This document shows, piece by piece, positions 1 to 14,089 of a stretch of DNA of 64,000 nt (its first letter is position 1; the number at the start of each line of letters is the position of its first letter). The notes under the pieces are model-generated. The model had not been told where the DNA came from. It made no database searches and saw nothing but the letters and a program-made list of their open reading frames with translations. Source of the DNA: Octopus vulgaris. Taxonomy: Eukaryota. The DNA lies in contig OX597834.1 in assembly GCA_951406725.2 (NCBI GenBank), forward strand, positions 20,088,001 to 20,152,000, read 5' to 3'. A program made the translations under genes and the position numbers.

Positions 1-224
1 TACAGTAGAAGACACTTGCCCAAGAATATGTCATACCACACATACACACAGACACAGACAGACACACACACATACACACACACACGTATATAAATATACG
101 CCCATATGCATGTATATCTATACTTATAACTATATCAATCTCTCTTTCTCTCTCTCTCTCTCTCCCTCCTCTTTCTAAATATATAACAAAAAAATAAATA
201 TATAAATCACAGAGAAAATGAAAT

Positions 225-256
<32 letters not shown>

Positions 257-989
257 TGTATATGCATGCACACACATATTTAATGCACTTTTAGCATAAC
301 TTCTAAATAATGTCTCTGAATATTTTATCCTGTTTACAATTTATTAATTTATATAAATATATTTTCACTGAATTTAATAAAATTAAATACTATTCACTTG
401 ACTGCTTATTATATGTAAATTATACGCGAATCAATGCCTATATATATGTCACCAAAAACAGAAAAATAACTAAAAAAATGTGCAGAAATTCTTCAAATAT
501 ATGAAGCATGCATTCTTTGTCTTCTTTTTACTGCTAAAATATATTCCTTATTTCAAGGCCAGGCTCTCTGATTAACATTTGACAGTTGACAATATATTCT
601 TTATTCTCTGATGGCATATTTACTATTTCTTCTGTTCATAATATAATTTTTCCAATCACAATAAATATTATGTCATAAATTATAATGGAAATTTTTTTTT
701 TTTATCTCTTTCAAAGTATAAAATATTTTCACAAAAATTCCATTATCAGTTGTCTGAAATTAATTTTGAACCCTACTTTTCTAATATTCCATTCAATGAA
801 TATGCCTTTTTACTTTTTTTTTTTTGTATAGTCGGATATACTTTAACAAGATAATAAAAATTTTATTTATATTTAATCTCATATAGCATAATTCATGCTA
901 TATTCTTGGTAGTAGGAAGGCACATAGCCTAGTAGTTAGGGGTGTTCAGCTTGTATTCATTATGTCTTGGGTTCAAATTCAGTCTAAAT

Positions 990-1218
990 GAGTGCCTTTA
1001 ACGTGTTACCCACTTGGGTACCTTTAGCATGTCGTCCACATGGGTGCCTTTAACGTGTTACCCATATGGGTGCCTTTAGCGTGTCATCCACATGGGTGTC
1101 TTTAACATGTCCCCCACATGGGTGCCTTTAATGTGCCATCCACATGGGTGTCTTTAACATGTCACCCACATGGGTGCCTTTAACATGTCGTCCACATGTG
1201 TTCCTTTAATGTGTCTCC
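990..1218. repeat. 26-bp minisatellite, ~9 copies
   Basis: Tandem unit approx. CCACATGGGTGCCTTTAACRTGTYAY read directly. Confidence 0.9.
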
Positions 1219-2466
1219 AGCACTGAACCAAAGCCGATGTGGTTGTGAAGCAAGCCTCTTCAACAAACAAAACCAGTGCCTACATATACACATAGATATA
1301 ATTTCAAACTGAAATACTGTTCAAATAATATTTAGAAAACTTTAGAATTTCCAGAAAACTTTTGCCATTTTGTAGGTGTGAAGATAAAAGATGAAAGGAA
1401 TACATACACACACAAAAAAAAACAAACACCCACAAAACAAAATTGGGTGGAAGCAGATAAGTTTAAATGAGAAATATGGATACGGAATAGAGACAAAAAT
1501 AAATACAAACAAAACAAACGTGATAAAAGTAAAAAAAGAAAACAGAACAAAACGGATAACTGAACATTAAAAGATCAGTCTTGAAAAGATGAGATGTTGC
1601 AAAACATGTTGATATCTTTGATGATTTAATCCTCTCATAGATGTTACGTAGTTTTTGGCCTCACGCAAATATTGTAAAATGAAGAAAATGAAGATTGGAA
1701 TTTTTATCTTATTTCTTTATTTTTGCATAATTTGTTTTGTTTTGTTTTATTTTGTTTTTGAAATTTTATTTCTTCATTTATTTAATGGCTTTTTTTCTTT
1801 TCTTTTCTTTTTTTTTGTTCTGTCGTTATTTGAGGATTTATTGATTCTAAGTTCCATGTAGCTGTGTAAGTTTGGCATTGAGCCAGTGTCTTGAAAAAAA
1901 AAATTCCAAAACAAATAAATAACCAGATAAATAAACAAACAAGGAAGCAAGATAAGGTTCAAGACAGTTATTTAGTTCCATGTGCCAAAATGTAATTATT
2001 CTACCTATGTACCTACCATTTCCAAGATTTCTTTAGTCTTTCTATGTATCTACTTGTGTCTGGGAATATCTGAAAACTGGTAAACCCTGCTTTTATCTTT
2101 TTTGAATGGTTTTTTTCTCTCTTACAAGTGATTGAGTGTGTGTGAGTTGTTGTTAAAGTTGTTGTTATTGTTGCCGTTAAGCTCAGGTGAGTCCTAATTA
2201 AGAACCACAGTATCGAGTGTATCCTTACTTTATTTAAAACAGTAGGCTGTGATTTGAATGAGATTTGGTTGTTATTTCTAGCATGGCAGACTACTAAAAC
2301 CAGAGTCCAGATCACTTAAAACTCTGCTCTGTCCCATTTTCACCCATCAACATGTAACATTTAAAAAATAAACTACAGCTGTCCCTCACAAGCGAGTATG
2401 CCATGTTAGCATGTACCAGCAGCTGCAACAACATCATCATTGTTTAATATCTGAGTTCTTTACCCT

Positions 2467-2544
2467 ACCAACAGGATTGGCCATGAGTCCTTTACACAAC
2501 CAACAGGATTGGCCATGAGTCCTTTACGCAACCAACAGGATTGG
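2467..2544. repeat. 32-bp tandem repeat, ~2.4 copies
   Basis: ACCAACAGGATTGGCCATGAGTCCTTTACRCA occurs twice plus a partial third copy. Confidence 0.9.
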
Positions 2545-2549
2545 TTTTA

Positions 2550-2695
2550 ACACTTCTGCTGTGGGATTTGGGTCTTCTTGGTATGGCCAGGCACCAGGTG
2601 TCTCACTTCTTTGTCATCTCACCTGAAAGGTTCAGCTTCCTGAGGTTGTTCTTCAGTACTTCATCCCATGTCTTCTTGAGTCTTCCATTCCCACA
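2550..2695 (-). mobile_element. RTE-clade LINE, ORF C-terminal relic
   Basis: Minus-strand GRLKKTWDEVLKNNLRKLNLSGEMTKK*DTW resembles the RTE C-terminal motif GRPxKTWxExVxxDL...DRxxW; contains an in-frame stop. Confidence 0.65.
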
Positions 2696-2787
2696 TATAT
2701 ATGTGTGTGTGTGTGTGTGAGTATGTGTGGAGAAAGAGAGAGAGAGAGAAAGAGAAAGGGAAAAAGAGACTGTAAGTATTTGGAGAT

Positions 2788-3019
2788 ATTCTTTCAATCT
2801 TTTATTTGTTTCAGTCATTTGACTGTGGCCATGCTGGAGCACCACCTTTTTTGTCAAACAAATCAACCCGAGGACTTATTCTTTGTAAGCCTAGTACTTA
2901 TTCTATCAGTTCCTTTTATTGAACTGCTAAGTTAAGTTACAGGGACATAAACACACCAACATCAGTTATCAAGCGATGATGGCATGGACAAACACAGACA
3001 CACAAAGCTATACACATAC

Positions 3020-3052
<33 letters not shown>

Positions 3053-3212
3053 ACTGGCTTCTTTCAGTTTCCATCTATCAAATCCACTCACAAGGCTTTG
3101 GTCAGCCCGAAGCTATAGCAGAAGACACTTGCCCAATGTGCCATGCAGTGGGACTGAACCCAGAAACATGTGGCTGGTAAGCAAGCTGCTTACCACACAG
3201 CCACTCCTGCAG
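2788..3212 (-). mobile_element. tRNA-derived SINE family A, full length
   Basis: Head GGAGTGGCTGTGTGGTAAG...GGGTTCAGTCCC (A/B-box-like), CORE-like TTGGGCAAGTGTCTTCT, internal (TA/CA)n, tail GCTCCAGCATGGCC.CAGTCAAATGACTGAAACA. Recurs >15 times in the window. Confidence 0.9.
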
Positions 3213-3501
3213 CTATGTGTATATCTTTATGAGGATGAGGCAGCAGTAATATATGATTATGGAAGAACAAAAAGATGACAGAAGTAGCAGGAGAGTGTAT
3301 GACTGCATTTATGAGTGGGTGTATTGCATTCATGTGCGTATATATGCATGTGAAATTTGTGGGAGGGTAGCATGAAAGACTGGAAGTGTTTAGAGCAAAA
3401 GAGAAAGAATTCAAATGAAGATACAAAATGATTGTAACAATGCAAGCATGCACACACCCACACACACAACATATATATATATATATGCAGATGTATTTAT
3501 G

Positions 3502-3582
<81 letters not shown>

Positions 3583-3723
3583 ATATATATATATATGTAC
3601 ATATATATATATGTACATAAAATATATATATATTTGATGATGATGATGTATATAATATATATATATATATATGTATATTTAATATATGCATATCTATATA
3701 AATATGTATATATAATATATACA

Positions 3724-3766
<43 letters not shown>

Positions 3767-4307
3767 GTATATATATATGTATGTATTATAAGCGTCTGTA
3801 AGTGCGTAGGTGTGTGTACCTATAAATGTCTATATATCATTGCTACTCCCACTCACTGTCTTTATTCTGTGATGACCAACATCAAACAATGCTAAAGCTA
3901 ATAGACGCCATTCATCATGTTGCCACCTTTGAATGACCCTCCCCACATCCCTCCTCTCCAGCAGCCTACGTATAGTTCTCTAAATATGAATTGACATTCT
4001 CTGAGCACACGCATGCATACACATGCCCATACAAACACACATGTATATGTACATACATATATATATATATGCATATTTTCTTCTGTTAATCTCTGGTTTG
4101 TTTCAGTCATTGGACAGCAGCCATGCTGGGGTACTGCCTTCAATAAATACCAGGGTATTTATTTTAAGTTTGGTACTTATTAAGTCAGTACCTTTTTTGC
4201 TGAGCTACTAGATTAGAAGATTACCAGGGTGTAAACAGGACAACAACAGTTGTCGAGGGGTGAGAATACAAATGCACAAGCACAAACACTCACATGCCCC
4301 ATGTCAA

Positions 4308-4700
4308 AAGGCAAAGTCAACCTTGGCAGAATTTGAACTCAGAACATAGCGGCAGACGAAATACTGCTAAGCATTTCGTCCGGCGTGCTAATGTTTCTGC
4401 CAGCTCGCTGCCTTTTCGGCATGATTTGGCATGATTTGGCATGATTTCTACAGCTGGATGCCCTTCCTCATGCCAACCACTCCAAGAATGTAGTGGATGC
4501 TTTTTTACATGCCACCAGCATGGGGGTGCCAGATACGAAACACCAGAGACAAAACACACGACTATGATCTCCCTTGGCTTGATGGGTCTTCTCAAGTACA
4601 GCATATCACCCAACATTCAAAGAGTTCTTTTTACATGCCAGTTACAGGACACTGGCATCGGCCACAACTGCAATTTCACTTGGCTTGGCAAGTCTTCTCA
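4308..4700. mobile_element. SINE B head fragment adjacent to a family D repeat
   Basis: 4308-4415 matches the reverse complement of the head at 63531. 4425-4700 carries TTTCTACAGCTGGATGCCCTTCC, shared with 12955-13150. Confidence 0.75.
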
Positions 4701-5159
4701 CACACACACACACACACACACATACACACACCATTCTTAACCCATGCCAGTCTAATTCCACTCAACTTTAGCAATAACTTTCTGACTATAATTTATAATA
4801 TATCTTCTTCATATTGCTATTATCAGGCAAATATGATGTAAGGGATGTTGAGAAGTTTAAGAGAGAAGTAGTATGGAATTAATTTTGACATCGCAGTAAG
4901 TTTAGTGAACAGGTGAATTTATTGTGAGTGTCCAACCATAAGTCACATTGCAGTAATCCGTTCGTTAATTATTCTGTTATACTATATTAAATTATTATAT
5001 AATATTGAATTTTGGTCGTTATGTACATTGTTGGCATCATCCTGACTGTCGTCGTCATCGTCAACATAATTATCATTATAATCATCATCATCATAATTTA
5101 TCATCGTTGTAATCACCATCTCCACCACCGCTTCCATCATCATTATCATCATCATTATC

Positions 5160-5290
5160 TGGCGTTAGGAAGGGCATCCAGCTGTAGAAACTCTGCCAGA
5201 TCAGACAGGAGCCTGGAGCAGCCCTTGGCTTCCCAGACCCCGGTCAAACCGTCCAACCCGTGCTAGCGCGGAAAACGGACGTTAAATGAT
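5160..5290. mobile_element. Repeat family D end with (GAT)n tail
   Basis: GGCGTTAGGAAGGGCATCCAGCTGTAGAAAC...CCGTCCAACCCGTGCTAGCGCGGAAAACGGACGTTAAATGATGAT; similar copies at 6800-6910, 12955-13150, 33650-33860 and 45990-46330. Confidence 0.8.
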
Positions 5291-5768
5291 GATGATGATG
5301 ATGATGATGATTATTGTCACCACTATCATCCCCATTATCGCTATCATCATCATTGTCGTCGTCATTGTTATCATCCCCACCACTACCACCATCACGATCC
5401 TGATAATCGTCACTCTTGTTACCATTCAGATCATCATCATCACCGTCAACATCATCATCACCACCATCACCACCACCATTATCATTATCTACTTCAAAAT
5501 TATCATAAACACCATCTGCATTATCATTCAAGATCATCTTCCTCATCCTTGTCGTCATCATCATCATCATCATTAACATCGCTCTCATTGTCATTTGGAT
5601 CATCATCATCATCAAAGCCATTTTTTTATTGTAATCACCATCATCAGCAGCAACAGTAGTCTCTTAATCCTATCCATTATCAACACCACAAGCAGTCACA
5701 GGACCAATATTCTGCTGCAACTCATGACCATAACAGCAAATGCCATATTAAAACCGGCAGACATGAGA

Positions 5769-6226
5769 TTGACAGGTCAACATAACTTTGTATCTCTGTT
5801 ATTGATCTGTCCACAAAACATTGTATATTTTGACGTTAATGACAAGTCAGCATAACGTTGTGTTTTCATGGTGTTAATTTGTCAACACAGAATTTGTACA
5901 TTCATAATATTGACATATCAATACAAAGCTATATCTGCATGGTAAAGACATGTCAACATTCCATTATATATTTGTGATATTGACAAGTCAACATGACACT
6001 GTATCACCATGTTATTGACGTGTCAACACAGCATTATAGTTCTATGCTGTTGTTATGACTGGGTTGCAATGTAACTCTTTGATATTGACATGTCAACACA
6101 TTACTCAAACTCTGGACCATTGATATGACAGTGTAACAATGTTATTGACACGTTAACACAAAATTGTATCTCTGTGATGATGACATGTCAACAGAGCATT
6201 ATAACTTCATAGCACTGAAATGTCAA
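5769..6226. repeat. Degenerate 35-bp minisatellite with palindromic core TTGACATGTCAA, 14 units
   Basis: Cores start at about 5769, 5802, 5839, 5874, 5910, 5945, 5980, 6015, 6050, 6085, 6120, 6145, 6180 and 6215. Confidence 0.85.
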
Positions 6227-7119
6227 GATTACAGCTTAGCTCTGTGGCTACAAAACATAAATATGTACATATGCATGCCTCTTGTGGGTGTTAGTCTTGC
6301 GGTTAGGGTAATGGACTCATGATTACAAGAATGTGGTCTCGGTTCCTGGACCAAGTGGCACATTGTATTCTCGATCAAAACACTTCACTTTATGCTGCAC
6401 ATCTTACATGTGGCACACTGTGCACCGCCTTATTCTTTGTAAGCCTGGTACTCATTCTATCAGTCTCTTTTGCCAAACTGTTAAGTTACTGGGGCATAAA
6501 TGCACCAAGATCAGTTGTCAAGCGATGGTGGAAGGACAAACACAGACACAAATATAGTGGAGCTGAACCTGGAAGCTTTTTACCACACGGTCACACCTGC
6601 ACTTTTATCATTGTGTTTTTGAACAAAACAGTTTTCCTGTGTTGCCTCAGTCCACTCGACTGACAAAAATGAATACCCCCACAATGGACCAGTGTCTTGT
6701 CCAAGTTGGGAATATATAAACCGCAGAATCCAGAAAAATAGCCTTAAGAGCCATATAGCGAGGGGTTACTGTATATTGCTTTCCCTTCTCGACTCCATAT
6801 AAAACTCTGCCAGATCAAGATTGGAGCCTGCTGTAGCAATCTGGTTCGCCAGCCCTCAGTCAAAATCGTCCAACCCATGCTAGCATGGAAAGTGGATGTT
6901 AAACGATGATGATGAATATATATACCATAGATATATTCTGCACTACCAGAGCTACAGCTTGATTATTCAAGATGTTGTTAGTAGTGACCTCACTTCCATG
7001 TTCTGTGCAGCAGCTTTGCTTTTAGTTCAGGATGTAGTTCAGAATTTGCTTTTAGTTCGGAAGCTTGAAAATGTCTTCTTGTTTGTACGCATTACTTGCT
7101 GTCTTGATTAAGAAAAAAA

Positions 7120-7239
7120 ACATCACCACAAACACTGACAACAACATCGCCGTCCTCACCATCATCACTGTCATCATCATCATCGTTATCATCATCAGTG
7201 TCACCATTATCATCGCTATGACCATCATTATCATTATTG

Positions 7240-7302
<63 letters not shown>

Positions 7303-7655
7303 CCACCATCATCATCATCATCATCACCATCATCATCATCCTCATCACCACTGCCAGCACCATCCTCATCATTATCATCATCGTCATCATCATCTTCATT
7401 AATGTCATCATTGTTTTTAACATCGTTGTTGTTGTTTTCCTCCTCATCACTATCATCATAATCATTATTACCACCACCAATGCCACCAACACTATCATCA
7501 TCATCCCAAATACCGCTTCCGCAATCATCATCATTGTTGCCATCATCTTTGCAACTACCATTACAATCCTCATCTTCATCGTCGTAGACATTATTGTCAC
7601 CGTCTTCCTCCTCATCATTTTCATCATTACCATCGTCATCATTATCATCATCATT
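7120..7655. repeat. Imperfect (CAT)n trinucleotide tract
   Basis: Direct reading; explains the poly-I/M/D/S ORFs. Confidence 0.95.
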
Positions 7656-8198
7656 AACCATAACTTGCAGATTGCTTATGCAATTCAGCTCACGATCAGA
7701 CCATGTTTCCACACACACACACACACACACACATTTCTTTACCTGATGATCGTTAATGTGTTAAGCCTGACCTGCTGCTTTGCTTGGTTAATCTCAACCT
7801 TCAACCAATCTTCTTACTTCCTTTCTTCCTTTTTTATCCCCTCCAGTCCTCCCCACACACACACACACAAGCTCACTCCTATCCCTCCACAACCACCACC
7901 ACCACTATGTCTGCATCCGTCTTGCTAGATTAATTTCCTGACTTCTGAAGATTTCAAAATATCACCAAAACCCAAACCAGTTCAGTTATGTGCATTTTTT
8001 TGGGGGGGGGGATCCATTTTGTTTGGCAGAGTCTGTCAATGGAACCTCTTTCATGGTCTCAACTCTTTGCTCTGCTCCTTCTGTGGTTTATGTAGATTAA
8101 TGTTAAGTGCGACATATATATATATATACACACACACATGTATATATTCATATAATGCATACACACATATGTGTGGGTATATATATATATATATATGT

Positions 8199-8352
8199 GT
8201 GCAGGAGTGGCTGTGTGGTAAGTAGCTTGCTTACCAACCACATAGTTCTGAGTTCAGTCCCACTGCATGGCACCATGGGCAAGTGTCTTCTATAGCCTCG
8301 GGCCAACCAAAGCCTTGTGAGTGGATTTGGTAATCGGAAACTGAAAGAAGCG
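8199..8352 (+). mobile_element. SINE A, 5' half
   Basis: GTGCAGGAGTGGCTGTGTGGTAAGTAGC...GGAAACTGAAAGAAGC. Confidence 0.85.
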
Positions 8353-8559
8353 TGTGTAAATATATATATATATGTATGCATGTATATATCATCATTTAAT
8401 GCCTGTTTTCCAGGCTGTGGTGGTAGTGGTGGCTGTGGCTGTAGTGGTAGTGGTGGTGGTGGTGGTGGTGGTGGTGTGGGTCGTCGTGGTCACGGTCGTG
8501 GTCTTGGTCATGGTGGTGGGAAGGGAGGAAGAAGAAGAAGGAGGAGGAGAGCATGAAAG

Positions 8560-8875
8560 TATGTGGATTAGTGGTTAGGACATTCAGCTTAGAATCCTAG
8601 TGTTGTGAGTTCAATATGCAGCAGCACATTGTGTCCTTGAGCAAGACACTTTATTTCATGTTGCTCCAGTCCACTCAGCTGGCAAAACTGAGTTGTACCT
8701 GTAATTCAAAGGGGCTTGCCTTATCACATTCTGCATCACACTGAATCTCCCCCAAGAACTGCATTAAGGGTACACGTGTCTGTGGAGTACTCAACCACTT
8801 GGATGTTAATTTCATGAGCAGGCTGTTCCATTGATCGGATCAACTGGAACCCTCATTGTCATAACCGGTGGAGTT
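8560..8875 (+). mobile_element. tRNA-derived SINE family C
   Basis: Head TAGTGGTTAGG...GAGTTCAAT, body TTGTGTCCTTGAGCAAGACACTTTATTTC, tail GATCGGATCAACTGGAACCCTC; partial copies at 34000-34200 and 43505-43635. Confidence 0.85.
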
Positions 8876-8939
8876 CCTGTAGGAGAGCTCAGTGGCTTTC
8901 TACTGTCTGTCTGCTTCTAACTTCATAATCACTTAGAAC

Positions 8940-9375
8940 AATTCTTTTCTTTTCTACTCTTGGTACAAGCCCCGAAATCTTTGGGGAGGGGGGCAGTCGA
9001 TTAAATTGACTGCAATATGCAAATGATACTTAATTTATCGACCCCGAAAGAATGAAAGGCAAAGTCGACTTCGGTGGAATTTGAACTCAGAACATAAAGA
9101 CGAAATACAGCTAAGCATTTCACCCGGCTTGCTAGCATTTCTTATTTCTTTACAGCCCACAAGGGGCTACACACAGAGGGGACAAACAAGGACAGACAAA
9201 CAGATTAAGTCGATTATATCGACCCCAGTGTGTAACTGGTACTTATTTAATCAACCCCAAAAGGATGAAAAGCAAAGTCGACCTCGGCGGAATTTGACCT
9301 CAGAACGTAGCGACTGACAAAATACCGCTAAGCATTTTGCCCAGCATGCTAACAATTCTGCCAGCTCACCGCCTT
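8940..9375 (-). mobile_element. SINE family B, two stacked copies
   Basis: Reverse complement of AGGCGGTGAGCTGGCAGAA...TTCTGAG.TCAAATTCC.CCGA.GTCGACTTTGC.TTTCAT, present twice. Confidence 0.85.
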
Positions 9376-9794
9376 TCACTTAAAACAATTAGCAAAGACA
9401 TAGTACAGACTACTAACTTATATTGTCATATAAGTGATGGCTAAACTCTTTAGAAAATTACTGACCTAAAATCCAAGGTTTCAGGTTCAAATTTTCCTCA
9501 GAACTTATATTGGGCAAAGTTTGTTGGGCTTTTTTTGTTCTTGTTTTTTTTTTTAAGCACAGCCGTTTATCTCATTTGTTTATTTCATCCAAGATAAATC
9601 ATAATCCTCGTTTCCATTTTGTCATTTCACGTCCGATTGATTTATTGATTGATTGATCGTTTTTAGCATGGCTTGGACTTAGAGTCAGATATCAAATATC
9701 TGATGCAAAGTCACTAAACATAGATCTGTTTAAGCCCTGCAGAATGTGAGTTTGTGTGTGTGTGTATGTGAGTGTGTGTGCGTGTGTGTATGTG

Positions 9795-9845
<51 letters not shown>

Positions 9846-9856
<11 letters not shown>

Positions 9857-10047
9857 GAATTAGAGATAAAACCACTATGATGCAACAGTGATAGACATAA
9901 ACCGATACATAAATAACAAATAATATATATAATTAATATAATATATAATATCAATTATATATATTATTTGTTATTTATGTATCAGTTTATGTCTATCACT
10001 GTTTGAGTTGCATCATAGTGGTTTTATCTCTAATTCATATTTTATAT
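9846..10047. repeat. Long near-perfect inverted repeat (~90-bp arms)
   Basis: 9846-9934 is the reverse complement of 9953-10047, apart from about one mismatch and a 6-nt insertion in the right arm. Confidence 0.9.
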
Positions 10048-10125
10048 TTTAAATATTTATACTGTGAAATTTGATTTAATACTAAATTGAATTTTTCCCT
10101 GTAAGCTGAGAGTTATACTCCCTAA

Positions 10126-10170
<45 letters not shown>

Positions 10171-10194
10171 CATTATTATTATTATATATATATA

Positions 10195-10405
10195 CTCTTT
10201 TTACTCTTTTACTTGTTTCAGTCATTTGACTGCGGCCATGCTGGAGCACCGCCTTTAATAGAGCAACTCGACCCCAGGACTTATTCTTTTGTAAGCCCAG
10301 TACTTATTCTATCGGTCTCTTTTGCCGAACCTCTAAGTAACGGGGAGATAAATACACCAGCATCGGTTGTCAAGCAATGCTAGGGGGACAAACACAGACA
10401 CTCAA

Positions 10406-10436
<31 letters not shown>

Positions 10437-10508
10437 CATATATACGACGAGCTTCTTTCAGTTTCTGTCTACCAAATCCACTCACAAGGCTTTGGTCGGC
10501 CCGAGGCT
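10195..10508 (-). mobile_element. SINE A, 3' two-thirds
   Basis: High identity to 12497-12906. Confidence 0.9.
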
Positions 10509-12496
10509 ATATATATATATATATATATATATATGAGTATGAATGGCTGTATTTGTGTATGTATGTGTATATGTTAATTTCATGAGCAGGCTGTATATAT
10601 TCTTTTATTATTATTATTATTATTATTATTCAGATGAAGACAAATATCCGTCAAATATAAATAATTCCTCATCTCTTAAATATAGAACGCTACTTCATCT
10701 GATTAAGATCACTTTAAAACTGCAAGTGTATATCTTAGAACAAGGAGTACTTTCAGATGCGTTAGCATGAAAAGGGTTAAGACTGTTGGTGCTAAACAGC
10801 AATAATAAACAAGCAATAACAGTTTGTGTGTCACGTCTGCAATTCTCGCAGAATCATTGCAGTGGGTGGAATGCTTCTGTGTCCTCGTAGACAATATTTA
10901 GTTTATCACTCTCGCCTTTCAGCCTATCACACATTTATCAGTTATTTTACTTTCCCTCAGATCCAAAGAAAGATATTAAAATACATCCTTCCTTTTAGTT
11001 CCGATAACATTAAAGCGTTAATTCCAGGAAATAATTGATCAATCAAAACCCGCGGAACAACCATCTCGGAATTTCAGAAAGTCTATCTTGACAGGCAACG
11101 AAGAATTGACAATATAGCCTTCAGGAAATTCTGACATTATTGCATTTTATAACGCAGTGATAAGAAAATGAAACGCCACTCGGTGAATACATGCATATAT
11201 AATAGAATATCTATACTTTTGCTTTCTGAACTGATTGGCCTGTGTAAAGAACTAAAGATAATATTGTCGTTGAAGATGTATAAAAATACTATAGATTTTT
11301 TTGCCTCAAATTGCGCAGACCGTCATAACATCTGAGGGTAAAAAGCGTCTCAAAGAAATAATTTGATCTGCTGTCTAGGAAGAACATGGAGTTTACAGTT
11401 AGTAAAAATCGGTAGATGTCAGAACTGTAGTTGTTATTTTCTTTGTTGAAGAACTGTGAGATGGAAAATAAGGAAACGGAAAATAAGAAAAAAAAAATGT
11501 AATAACATTGATACATAACATTGTGTGTGCGTGTGTGTGTGCATGCGTGTGTATGTACGTGTGTGTTTGAGTTTGTATATATGTGTTTGAGTGTATATAT
11601 GTGTGTGTTTGAGTGTATATATGTGTGTGTGTATATGCGTATATGAGTGTGTAGATATATGTGTATGTATGAGTGTTTAAATATGTGTGCGTATATATAT
11701 ATATATGTGTGTGTGTATATATGTGTGTGTGTATCATCATCAGCAGCAACAGCAGCATCTTCCTCATCATTATTATTTAACATCTATTTTCCATGTTGGC
11801 ATGTGTATGCATATATATATATATACATAGATATAGTTATAAATATAGATGTAGATATTTACACACATATGTATGTATATACATTCATGTATACATACAT
11901 ATGCATATATATGCATTATAATACATGCATACATGTGTATATACACATATATACATATATATGTGTGTGTGCATATATGAGTATATGAGTATATACATAT
12001 ATATATATATATAAGGAGAGAGAGAGAGATAGATAGATAGATAGATACATACGTACATACATACACATATACATACATACATATATATGTATGTATATAT
12101 TCTATAAACCCACATGCACACATATAAATATATACACACATACACATATATGTTTCTATAAACGTACATTGCCCTGTGACTTCATAAAACACAAGATTAA
12201 AAGCAACATAAACAAGAACACCATTTTACTCTCAAGAAATTGTTAATATTTAGAAAATTTTTGCTGACTTGACACAATTCAGGATAGAATCAGATTAAAT
12301 TAGCAACTCATGTTATGCCAAAATCTATGACAATGAACAATCTAAAAATAATGTGAACTGTCTGTTGGTTAACGGCTGACAAGGGTGATGCCAAACTGTG
12401 CTGTTGCATCATGCCAAAGTTTACCAAAAATGGGTTATCTTAATCTTGACAGGTGTTAGTTGGAAGTAATAAACTATGTATTATATTATATACATA

Positions 12497-12906
12497 CTCT
12501 CTTTTATTCTTTTACTTGTTTCAGTCATTTGACTGCGGCCATGCTGGAGCACCACCTTTAGTCAAGCAAATCGATCCAGGGACTTATTCTTTGTAAGCCC
12601 AGTACTTATTCTATCGGTCACTTTTGCCGAACCGCTAAGTGACGGGGACGTAAACACACCAGCATCGGTTGTCAAGCAATGCTAGGGGGACAAACACAGA
12701 CACACAAACATATACACACACATACATATATATATATATATACATACACGACAGGCTTCTTTCAGTTTCCGTCTACCAAATCCACTCACAAGGCATTGGT
12801 CGGCCCGGGGCTATAGCAGAAGACACTTGCCCAAGATGCCACACAGTGGGACTGAACCCGGAACCATATGGTTGGTAAGCAAGCTACTTACCACACAGCC
12901 ACTCCT
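12497..12906 (-). mobile_element. SINE A, full length, young copy
   Basis: Complete head, core and tail with many CpGs retained. Confidence 0.92.
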
Positions 12907-13277
12907 ATATATATATATATATATGTGTGTGTGTATGATCATCATCAGCAGCATTGTTTAACATCCACCTTCCATGCTGGCATGGGTTGGACAGTTTGAC
13001 TGAGGACTGGGAAGCTGGGAGGCATCACCAGGCTCCAATCTGTTCTTGCAGGGTTTTTACAGCTGGATGCCTTTCCTAATGCCAATCACTCTGAGAGTTT
13101 AGTGGGTGCTTTTAACATGCCACCAGCACAGTAGCCAGTCAGAGGGCACTGGCATATATATATATATCTATATATATATATATATATATATACATACACA
13201 CACACACACATATAATGAGAAAGAGATAGATAATTATAGAAATATATGTGCATGTATATATATATATATTTTTTTTT

Positions 13278-13783
<506 letters not shown>

Positions 13784-14089
13784 GTAGGTAGGTAGGTAGG
13801 TAGGCAGGCAGGCAGGCAGGCAGGCAGACAGACAGACAGACAGACAGACAGATTGAATGACATAGATAGACAGATAGACAGATAGATAGGTAGACAGACA
13901 GACAGATAGATAGAGTACTACTGCTGCTATCTTGTATATCATTGAATAATAAATTCCCAAGTTTTTAAAGAAGAATTCTGTGGAATTTCCGATTTCCACA
14001 AGTTTTTTTGTTTAATTCTTACTCTGAGTTTTGTAACTATATAAGAAATTTCTATTAGTTACTGCTGCAGTGGACATGATGGCAATGAA

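Noticed and set aside
5769-6226. CRISPR array
   Set aside because: The core is only 12 bp and variable, spacers are homologous to each other, there are no cas genes and the context is eukaryotic.
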